Assembly (NCBI GenBank): GCA_038229375.1
Contig: JBBRON010000027.1
Location: 92 to 64,091 of the forward strand
Direction of reading: 5' to 3'
Length of the DNA: 64,000 bases
DNA from: Cytophagales bacterium
GTDB taxonomy: Bacteria > Bacteroidota > Bacteroidia > Cytophagales > Cyclobacteriaceae
Shown: positions 48,261-57,504 of the stretch, piece by piece
Layout: each line of letters starts with the position of its first letter
Numbering within the stretch: position 1 is the stretch's first letter
Notes under the pieces: model-generated
What the model was told of the DNA's origin: nothing
Seen by the model: the letters and a program-made list of their open reading frames with translations, nothing else
Database searches by the model: none
Translations under genes and position numbers: made by a program

Positions 48261-48608
48261 ATGATTGCTGATATGAAATTAAATCACTTAAAACTGCCAT
48301 TTGTAAAGCTTCCGGCGGATATAGACCTTGCTCTGTATCTTATCCGCGAAGAGCTTAAAAGTCAAAAGTTTTTTGATGGTCTCCATAAGATCGGAATTAG
48401 CGAGTGTTGTTACCAAGTACGTTTAGGTAAAGTTATTCTGGCTCAAATGGGACTTGATGATGGCTCAGATGAAACTTTTAATTTCTATTACAGGCTTATA
48501 GAAAAGCGAAGCAAAAAAATTGAAGCGGACAGCGATTCTGTCATGAAGCAGGCACTCAAAGTTTATGCAAAGTTGTTGATTGAAAAAAAGAAGCGAAAGG
48601 GAAGCTAA
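48261..48608 (+). CDS. Hypothetical protein (115 aa), divergent from the XRE gene
   Basis: ORF only. Confidence 0.45.
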   Translation: MIADMKLNHLKLPFVKLPADIDLALYLIREELKSQKFFDGLHKIGISECCYQVRLGKVILAQMGLDDGSDETFNFYYRLIEKRSKKIEADSDSVMKQALKVYAKLLIEKKKRKGS

Positions 48609-49291
48609 TGGTTCTGAAAGAAATAACCCGAACAGGTGGCTCAACGGTGACTGGTATAGTGTTTAATTGCTTTCAATATTGTTGTATATAAAGAATGCTA
48701 GCAAAGCCATAAGGGTTCCCAAGGCACAAGTAGAATTCCTAAAATCGCAGAGTACCCTCTGCTGTAGCGCAACACTCTTATGACCTTCGCCTATTATGAA
48801 GGAAATTTGTTTAACGAATAATGCAAATTTCACCATCACAAATCCAAAATGCCATTATTGCCACACTGGTTCTGGCCTATGCCGGAAATGTTCTTATTGG
48901 TTAATAATATGTAATGTAGAACTTTATGCCCTTATATAAAGCGGATTACCCGCATTCCGATTTCAATTCCTTAAACGAAGCAATAGAGGATGTGTTTACA
49001 CGGCATAGTAATTTCATGTAGTTTATGGATGTAAGAAATCGCCTTGCTTTTAATGAATGCTATAGCAATTGAGCGCTAAGAAACCATTGAATAAAATGGC
49101 ATATAAAAAATCGCGTCAACAGACAAACTAAAAACATTTTCAGCTCATTATCGATTCAGATAAAGTTGATTGTTTGATTCATAATGAATTATGTTGGCCA
49201 GCAAAATGACAACCGATTGAGAAGAGCTCAATCATAGTCAGACAAAAGATAAAGGCAACAGAAAATAAATAGTCACTTAAAAAGCAAGAAT

Positions 49292-49525
49292 ATGGAGATT
49301 AAAGAAAATAAATTAACTACCCGGAATTCTAAAACTCAAAAGTCACACAAAATACCCATTAGTAAAAAGCCAGGGAATGCTCCTTCGCATGAAGAGATAG
49401 CCGTATACGCTTATGTCCTTTATATTGCGAACGGTAAGGTTAGCGGCCGCGATATGGATGATTGGCTCCAGGCAGAATCTACACTATTCGATGCTAGCCC
49501 CGGTTCTGTTAGAAGTATAAGTTAG
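49292..49525 (+). CDS. DUF2934-like small protein
   Basis: HEEIAVYAYVLYIANGKVSGRDMDDWLQAE matches the DUF2934 pattern (I..RAY.L...RG...G...DW..AE). Confidence 0.6.
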   Translation: MEIKENKLTTRNSKTQKSHKIPISKKPGNAPSHEEIAVYAYVLYIANGKVSGRDMDDWLQAESTLFDASPGSVRSIS

Positions 49526-49770
49526 GTATGAATCCATAAATATAAACGTTCAACGGAAGTAATACTGCAGCATGGAATTCATTGAGAAGTAATCTGGGAT
49601 GAATCAAATGTTATCGTAACACTTCAATAGCGGCAGTAAAAGATTGCATGTTATTTAATGAATTAAAATATAACCTTCCTGAAAGCGCTTATTCATCATT
49701 AGAAAACAGTTGATGAAGTAAATTCATAAAACGAAACAGTAATTCAAATTTTTAATTTTAAATATAAACA

Positions 49771-50556
49771 ATGGAAAAGGAACTGACGTTGAATGAGGTC
49801 GAAGAAAAAAAAGGTAAAAATAAAAAAATTTTACACAATCTCTATATTGAGTTGGTGAAGTTGCAAAAGGAAGTAATTGCTTCGGATATAAAACTGCTCG
49901 TAATATTGGAGGGAAGGGATGCAGCTGGCAAAGACGGAACCATTAAAAGGATCATCAAACACTTGAGTCCTCGTGAAACAAAAGTAGTGGCATTGGGTAA
50001 GCCCACTGACGTTCAGGAACGCGAGTGGTATTTTCAGCGTTACACTTCTCACCTGCCGGCTTCGGGTGAATTTGTCATTTTCAACAGGAGCTGGTACAAC
50101 CGTGTTGGTGTTGAAAAAGTAATGGACTTCTGCACTCACAAGCAATACAAATCCTTTTTTAGTGAAGTAGAATCGTTTGAGAATAGCCTGGTGGAAGGAG
50201 GTTTCATCATCCTAAAATATTATTTGGATATCAGCAAAGATGAACAGAAAAAAAGATTAGATGATCGCAAACAAAATCCGCTGAAGAAATGGAAGATAAG
50301 CCCCATTGACGAGGTAGCACAAAAGCATTGGAAAGATTATTCAGATGCACGCGATGAAATGCTATTTAAAACAAATTTTAAGCATGCTCCATGGTTTGTT
50401 GTAAATGCTGATAAAAAGAAAGAAGCACGTATTGCTTTGATCACTCATATCCTGAATCGTATGAAATATAAACATAAGAATGAAAAATTAGTGTCGCATA
50501 GTTATGGTTTGATTGATCCGGCAACACCAGAAATCATAAAAGAAAAACTTTTCTGA
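49771..50556 (+). CDS. ppk2: Polyphosphate kinase 2 (single-domain PPK2)
   Basis: ILEGRDAAGKDGTIKRI (Walker A-like), WYFQRY, FNRSWYNRVGVE, KISPID. Confidence 0.9.
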   Translation: MEKELTLNEVEEKKGKNKKILHNLYIELVKLQKEVIASDIKLLVILEGRDAAGKDGTIKRIIKHLSPRETKVVALGKPTDVQEREWYFQRYTSHLPASGEFVIFNRSWYNRVGVEKVMDFCTHKQYKSFFSEVESFENSLVEGGFIILKYYLDISKDEQKKRLDDRKQNPLKKWKISPIDEVAQKHWKDYSDARDEMLFKTNFKHAPWFVVNADKKKEARIALITHILNRMKYKHKNEKLVSHSYGLIDPATPEIIKEKLF

Positions 50557-50728
50557 TACTGTAAATGGGTCTGTCAATATTCACATGCTCGAAATCATTT
50601 TTTTTTATGATAAAAATCATTTTTAAAATAAATCCATAAGATGAAATTGCCAATGATGGTAAAGCGACCAAATGAGACAGGTATGCGCCTGATTAAACTT
50701 GAAATTCACAATTAATAAAGGCAAATAG

Positions 50729-52225
<1,497 letters not shown>

Positions 52226-52242
52226 CAAGAAAAATCAATAGA

Positions 52243-52629
52243 ATGAATCTTAAAATTCTTTTACCCTTTAAAGTATTTGCTGACATAAAAAATGTTAGCC
52301 AGATAGTAATGGAAACAAGTGAAGGTTCTTATGGTTTGTTGCCACAACGGCTTGATTGTGTTGCGGCATTGGTGCCTGGCATATTTACGTATGAGACAAA
52401 CGGAGCGCTGCATTATGTAGCGGTTGATGAAGGTGTAATGATAAAAGCAGGTGCACAGGTTTTAGTATCGGTCCGTAATGCGGTTGGCGGAGTAGATCTG
52501 GGCAAACTTGGTGAACTGGTAAAAAAAGATTTCAACACGCAAGATGAAAATCAAAAACAGGCCACCACTGCTATCGCAAAATTAGAACGAGGATTTATTT
52601 ACAGCTTCGATAAACTTCGTAACAATTAA
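52243..52629 (+). CDS. atpC: F-type (N-ATPase) subunit epsilon
   Basis: 128 aa. N-terminal beta-sandwich pattern (LKILLPFKVF...GSYGLLPQRLDCVAALVPGIF). Position after atpD. Confidence 0.8.
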   Translation: MNLKILLPFKVFADIKNVSQIVMETSEGSYGLLPQRLDCVAALVPGIFTYETNGALHYVAVDEGVMIKAGAQVLVSVRNAVGGVDLGKLGELVKKDFNTQDENQKQATTAIAKLERGFIYSFDKLRNN

Positions 52630-52631
52630 AA

Positions 52632-52958
52632 ATGGAACCTACCACAAATAATAGGGAAGATAATTTTTTTAACACGGAGGTTTCTAAAAAAGAAAATCGA
52701 AAGCTAAAAGCCATGCGTGAAAAAAATGGTGTGTGGTTGGGATTAGGAATGATGGGCGCGGTAGGTTGGTCTGTAGCAGTCCCTTCATTACTTGGTGCAG
52801 CGCTCGGGCTGTGGTTGGATAAAAAGTATCCGCAATCATTTTCATGGACGTTGAGCTTGTTGATTGTGGGTATCACTGCAGGATGCATCATTGCCTGGTA
52901 TTGGGTTAGCAAAGAAGATAAAGAAATGCATAACAATAAAGATGAAAGCGATGAATGA
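52632..52958 (+). CDS. atpQ: N-ATPase AtpQ (AtpI/ATPase_gene1-like small membrane protein)
   Basis: GVWLGLGMMGAVGWSVAVPSLLGAALGLWLDKKYP, two TM helices; position. Confidence 0.75.
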   Translation: MEPTTNNREDNFFNTEVSKKENRKLKAMREKNGVWLGLGMMGAVGWSVAVPSLLGAALGLWLDKKYPQSFSWTLSLLIVGITAGCIIAWYWVSKEDKEMHNNKDESDE

Positions 52959-53265
52959 GATTTCAAATATGACATTATCATTTATAGGTGGAATAGTGTT
53001 GGGAACAGTATTCTTCGCAGGGCTGTGGTTTACCGTAAAAAAAATGGTTAATGCTAAAATACCCGCGCTGTGGGTGTTCGGCAGTTTCATCTTTCGTGTT
53101 GGTATAGTATTGCTTGGATTTTATTTTATAGGCGCTGGTAATTGGCAACGTCTTCTAGTTTGCCTGCTTGGTTTTATAGCAGCAAGGTTTATTGTAATTC
53201 ATTTCACCAAAGCAATTGATGCAAAGCAATTGCACCTAAACAAGGAGAATACCCATGGAGCTTAG
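52951..53265 (+). CDS. atpR: N-ATPase AtpR subunit (small membrane protein)
   Basis: Three hydrophobic helices with an intramembrane Arg (GFIAARFIVIHF). The start overlaps the atpQ stop. Lies between atpQ and atpB, as in N-ATPase operons. Confidence 0.7.
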   Translation: MNEISNMTLSFIGGIVLGTVFFAGLWFTVKKMVNAKIPALWVFGSFIFRVGIVLLGFYFIGAGNWQRLLVCLLGFIAARFIVIHFTKAIDAKQLHLNKENTHGA

Positions 53266-53950
53266 TCCTGACCAAACCATCTTTTGGCAACATGGTTTTA
53301 TTACCATTAATCTTACCCTGGTTACCACCTGGGCTTTAATGCTGATGCTGGTTATTGTTGCAGGAATGGTTACGCGAAAACTAAAAACGAATATTCAAAT
53401 TTCGCACTGGCAATGTTTTCTGGAAATGGTTGTGACAGGCATCAACGAACAAATTAAAGAAATTGGCTTAAGTAAACCAGAACAATATATTGGCTTTATC
53501 GGCACGTTGTTTTTGTTTATTGGTGTTGCTAATCTCTGCATTATATTCCCAGGCTATACGCCACCGACAGCATCACTTTCTACAACTACTGCACTTGCAT
53601 TGTGTGTATTTATTGCAGTACCATTTTTTGGTATTAGCAAAAGTGGCTTAAAAGGTTATTTGAAATCATACGTGAAGCCTACATTTATCATGTTGCCTTT
53701 CAATCTTATCAGCGAAATTTCACGGACGTTGGCATTGGCAGTAAGGTTGTTTGGCAACATAATGAGCGGCGGTATGATCGTTGGTATTTTATTAAGCATA
53801 TCGCCTTTTATATTTCCGGTTATCATGAATGCGCTGGGTTTACTCACCGGCGTAGTGCAGGCATATATCTTCAGTATTTTAGCAACCGTGTATATCACAG
53901 CAGCGGTGCATGATGCTAAGGAAACTAAAAAACAAATATCAACTAAATGA
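53255..53950 (+). CDS. atpB: F-type (N-ATPase) subunit a
   Basis: Essential stator-Arg region ISRTLALAVRLFGNIMSG; polytopic. Confidence 0.9.
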   Translation: MELSPDQTIFWQHGFITINLTLVTTWALMLMLVIVAGMVTRKLKTNIQISHWQCFLEMVVTGINEQIKEIGLSKPEQYIGFIGTLFLFIGVANLCIIFPGYTPPTASLSTTTALALCVFIAVPFFGISKSGLKGYLKSYVKPTFIMLPFNLISEISRTLALAVRLFGNIMSGGMIVGILLSISPFIFPVIMNALGLLTGVVQAYIFSILATVYITAAVHDAKETKKQISTK

Positions 53951-53960
53951 AAATTATAAA

Positions 53961-54230
53961 ATGGATAGTACAACTTTAATTGCAGTTGTGTCAATTGCTA
54001 CTGCCGGACTTACAACAGGTATTGGTTGCATGATGCCCGCTGCGGGCGAAGGCAAAGCCGTATCATCAGCATTAAGCGCTATTGCACAACAGCCCGATGC
54101 TGCGCCAACAATTACAAGAACTTTATTTGTTGGCTTAGCCATGATCGAGTCAACAGCCATCTACTGTTTCGTGGTTTCGATGATACTGATTTTCGCCAAT
54201 CCATTCTGGAACCATTTCATTGCAAAATAA
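53961..54230 (+). CDS. atpE: F-type (N-ATPase) subunit c, Na+-type ion-binding motif
   Basis: 89-aa hairpin. QQPDA loop. Helix 2 has IESTAIY (E-S-T-x-x-Y). Helix 1 has GEG where Na+-ATPases have GQG. Confidence 0.9.
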   Translation: MDSTTLIAVVSIATAGLTTGIGCMMPAAGEGKAVSSALSAIAQQPDAAPTITRTLFVGLAMIESTAIYCFVVSMILIFANPFWNHFIAK

Positions 54231-54236
54231 TTTATC

Positions 54237-55019
54237 ATGAACGTTAACTGGTTTACGGTAATTGCTCAGGTAATTAATTTTCTCATTTTGGTTTGGTTGC
54301 TGAAACGGTTTTTATATAAACCAATACTCAATGCCATTGACGAAAGAGAAAAAAAAATTGCAGCACAAATAAAGGATGCGGATGATAAAAAAGCAGCAGC
54401 ACAAAAAGAAGAGGACGAATTCGAAAAGAAGAATGAGGATTTTGATCAGCAAAAAAAATCCTTGATGGATAAAGCTGTTGCTGATGCAAATACTGAAAAG
54501 CTAAAGTTATTAGAGGGCGCAAAAGCCGATGCAAATACATTGCGTACCAATATGGAAAAAACTGCTAAAGAAAAACAAGCCAATGACACTACGGAGATGG
54601 CCGAAAAAGCCCAACAACAGGTTTTTGCAATTACAAGAAAGGCACTTGCTGATATTGCTTCAATAAGTTTGGAAGAGCAATCAGCAAACACATTTATTAA
54701 ACGTTTACATGAATTAAAAGATGATGAGAAGAAGCAATTCATCGATGCTTTTAAATCAAACTCAAATTCAATTTTAGTGAAAAGCGCATTCGAGCTTCCT
54801 ACAAAACAACAAGGTGAAATAAAGGATGCAGTAAATGTAATGCTCAGCGCAAATACACAAATGCAATTTAAAATGGCGCCTGAAATAATAGGCGGAATTG
54901 AGCTTTCCACCAATGGATATAAACTGGCGTGGAGTTTTTCTGAATACCTTAATTCAATGGAAAAAAATATTTCCGAAACCATGAAAGAAAAAGAACAGAC
55001 GGCGCCGGAAGAAAAATAG
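54237..55019 (+). CDS. atpF: F-type (N-ATPase) subunit b, extended (260 aa) with delta/OSCP-like C-terminal segment
   Basis: N-terminal TM ([17 protein letters not shown]) plus a long charged helix. The C-terminus [28 protein letters not shown] resembles the delta-subunit C-terminal motif. Confidence 0.85.
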   Translation: MNVNWFTVIAQVINFLILVWLLKRFLYKPILNAIDEREKKIAAQIKDADDKKAAAQKEEDEFEKKNEDFDQQKKSLMDKAVADANTEKLKLLEGAKADANTLRTNMEKTAKEKQANDTTEMAEKAQQQVFAITRKALADIASISLEEQSANTFIKRLHELKDDEKKQFIDAFKSNSNSILVKSAFELPTKQQGEIKDAVNVMLSANTQMQFKMAPEIIGGIELSTNGYKLAWSFSEYLNSMEKNISETMKEKEQTAPEEK

Positions 55020-55020
55020 T

Positions 55021-56595
55021 ATGTCAGCAATTGAAACCGATAATATTGTAACCAACATATTCAATCTATTAGATAAGGGGATAGAGAACTATCATTTTTC
55101 TTTGAAGCCCCGTGAAGTTGGTTTAGTAACCAGTGTGTCAACGGGCATTGCTAAAGTCTCCGGACTTCCCGGCGCAGGCTTTGAGGAATTGTTGAAATTT
55201 CCAGGAAACCTTTTTGGCATCGCTTATAATATTGATGAAGATGAAATAGGCGTGATACTACTAGGTAAAGATTCATTGCTGAAAGTCGGAGATGAAGTGG
55301 AGCGGACGGACAGAGTGATGGATGTTCCGGTTGGTGATTCATTAATTGGAAGAGTGATCGACCCTTTGGGTCAACCCATTGATGATAAAGGTGCGATCAC
55401 TCACAAAGAACGATTACCCATTGAACGCCCTGCACATGCAATTATGGATCGAAGTCCGGTAACTGTTCCGTTGCAAACAGGCATTAAAGTAATTGATGCG
55501 TTAATTCCTATTGGCCGCGGTCAGCGTGAATTAATTGTAGGTGATCGCCAAACCGGTAAAACAACTATTGCCATTGATGCTATTCTTAATCAAAAAGATA
55601 AAAATGTTTTATGCGTGTATTGTGCGATTGGCCAACGTGCATCTGCAGTAGCAAAAGTAATTGCCAACCTCAGGGAAAAAGGCGCCATGGAATATACCGT
55701 TGTTGTTGTGGCTGAAGGAAACAATTCTCCCGGATTAGAATACATAGCACCGTATGCGGCTACCAGCATTGCAGAATATTTTATGGAACAAGGGCGTGAT
55801 GTATTAATCGTTTATGACGACCTTACACATCATGCTCGTTCTTATCGCGAACTTTCTTTATTGTTAAGACGGCCACCCGGACGTGAGGCATTCCCCGGCG
55901 ATATTTTTTATATCCACTCAAGATTGTTGGAAAGATCAACACACTTAAGTGATGAACTGAAAGGTGGATCATTAACAGCTTTGCCTATTATTGAAACCGA
56001 AGCACAAAACATCTCCGCTTATATTCCAACCAATCTTATTTCAATCACTGACGGACAAATATATCTATCACCCAAACTTTTTGAATTGGGTAATTTACCC
56101 GCTGTTCATGTAGGCAAATCCGTTTCACGTGTCGGCGATAAGGCTCAATTACCTGCCTATCGATCCATAGCAAATTTGAAACTGGAGTATGCACAATTTG
56201 AAGAACTGGAAACCTTTGCCCGTTTCGGTACAAGGCTTGATGAAAATACAAAAAAGACAATTGAGCATGGAAAAAGAATACGTGAGTGCCTGAAGCAACC
56301 TGAACTGCAACAGATGCCGGTTTCAGAACAGATCGTGGTTTTGCTTGCATTGAAAAATGGCATCCTGGATACAATACCACTTGAAAAAATTCAGGATGCG
56401 CAAGATACACTTCTCAAAAACTTTAAAGATTTTCCGGACGAAATAATCAAGCGATTATTTTCGAATGCAAAACTGAGTGATGAAGACAGCACGGCTATTT
56501 TAAAAATCGCCGGGACCATCCTTGCGCCCTTTCAGGACAAACCAAAGTCAGAAGAAAATCAGGACAAGGCAAAGCCAGATCAGAATAAAAAGTAA
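55021..56595 (+). CDS. atpA: F-type (N-ATPase) subunit alpha
   Basis: Walker [45 protein letters not shown]. Confidence 0.95.
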   Translation: MSAIETDNIVTNIFNLLDKGIENYHFSLKPREVGLVTSVSTGIAKVSGLPGAGFEELLKFPGNLFGIAYNIDEDEIGVILLGKDSLLKVGDEVERTDRVMDVPVGDSLIGRVIDPLGQPIDDKGAITHKERLPIERPAHAIMDRSPVTVPLQTGIKVIDALIPIGRGQRELIVGDRQTGKTTIAIDAILNQKDKNVLCVYCAIGQRASAVAKVIANLREKGAMEYTVVVVAEGNNSPGLEYIAPYAATSIAEYFMEQGRDVLIVYDDLTHHARSYRELSLLLRRPPGREAFPGDIFYIHSRLLERSTHLSDELKGGSLTALPIIETEAQNISAYIPTNLISITDGQIYLSPKLFELGNLPAVHVGKSVSRVGDKAQLPAYRSIANLKLEYAQFEELETFARFGTRLDENTKKTIEHGKRIRECLKQPELQQMPVSEQIVVLLALKNGILDTIPLEKIQDAQDTLLKNFKDFPDEIIKRLFSNAKLSDEDSTAILKIAGTILAPFQDKPKSEENQDKAKPDQNKK

Positions 56596-57479
56596 TGGAC
56601 ACTTTAGAAAATTTACGCAACAAAACGGAAGGGGCAAAAGATTTGAAATCTGTTGTAAGTGCCATGAAGGCGATGGCAGCATCAAATATTGTTCAATATG
56701 AAACCGCCGTGGCTTCCCTTGATGAGTATTATCATACAATAGCTTTAGGCATCATCGCTTATTTCAAGGCAGAAAAAATTACAGCAATAAATGAAAAGAC
56801 AGCATCAAAAAAGAAATCTAAAGATGTGATCTGCGCCATTGTTTTCGGATCAGACCAGGGCCTTGTTGCTCAGTTCAATGATTCGATGGCAACCTTTGTT
56901 TCCATGTCTCTCAAGGATTTGCCAGGTAAAAAAAATATTTGGGCTGTGGGAGAACGTGTTCAATTGCTTTTGTCAGATGAAGGATTTAACACTTCAAAAT
57001 TGTATCCCGTTCCGAATGACATTAATGCTGCAGTTCCTTTAGTGACAGAGATTTTAAACAAGAGCCAGGAAAGCCAGCAAAAAGAAGAGGTAACAGCGTT
57101 TTATATCTTTCATAATAAACCAAAGTCTGGGCCTGGTTACACGCCGGTAATGCAAAGGTTTCTACCGTTGGATGAAAAATGGAAAGAAACTTTACAGCAA
57201 ATTCCATGGCCTACAAAATTACTTCCACAGATTGCAGGAGGCGTAAAGCCCACGCTGACCGCATTAATAAACGGATATCTTTTTGCCTCTCTTTTCAAAG
57301 CTTGTATAGAATCATTAGCGAGTGAAAATGCAAGTCGATTGGATGCCATGCAACGGGCTGAAAAAAATATAAATGATCTGCTGGAAGCACTTGGTGAAAA
57401 ATATCATCGCCTGCGCCAGAGTTCCATTGATGAGGAATTGTTTGATGTGGTTTCCGGCTTCGAAGCTTTGAGAAAGTAA
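56595..57479 (+). CDS. atpG: F-type (N-ATPase) subunit gamma
   Basis: N-terminal LKSVVSAMKAMAASN and C-terminal RLRQSSIDEELFDVVSG helices typical of gamma. The start overlaps the atpA stop. Confidence 0.85.
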   Translation: MDTLENLRNKTEGAKDLKSVVSAMKAMAASNIVQYETAVASLDEYYHTIALGIIAYFKAEKITAINEKTASKKKSKDVICAIVFGSDQGLVAQFNDSMATFVSMSLKDLPGKKNIWAVGERVQLLLSDEGFNTSKLYPVPNDINAAVPLVTEILNKSQESQQKEEVTAFYIFHNKPKSGPGYTPVMQRFLPLDEKWKETLQQIPWPTKLLPQIAGGVKPTLTALINGYLFASLFKACIESLASENASRLDAMQRAEKNINDLLEALGEKYHRLRQSSIDEELFDVVSGFEALRK

Positions 57480-57504
57480 ATTTGAGATTAAGAATTGATG
57501 TTGC

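Larger units (their letters stand above)
44057..48608. mobile_element. Integrase-associated accessory module (minimum extent); true boundaries and att sites not identified
   Basis: Integrase, Xis-type HTH, XRE-type HTH, four unknown genes and element-specific repeated motifs. It begins about 450 bp after a strong core-gene terminator. Confidence 0.6.

Noticed and set aside
48821-48904. 27-codon hydrophobic ORF (MQISPSQIQNAIIATLVLAYAGNVLIG)
   Set aside because: It is too short and unsupported to call. It is mentioned only within the gene-free-gap finding.
54446-55030. 194-aa minus-strand ORF spanning almost all of atpF
   Set aside because: It is antisense to a Lys/Glu/Ala-rich coiled-coil gene. 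Its low-complexity Ser/Phe-rich translation is a typical shadow ORF, and operon context supports atpF on the plus strand.
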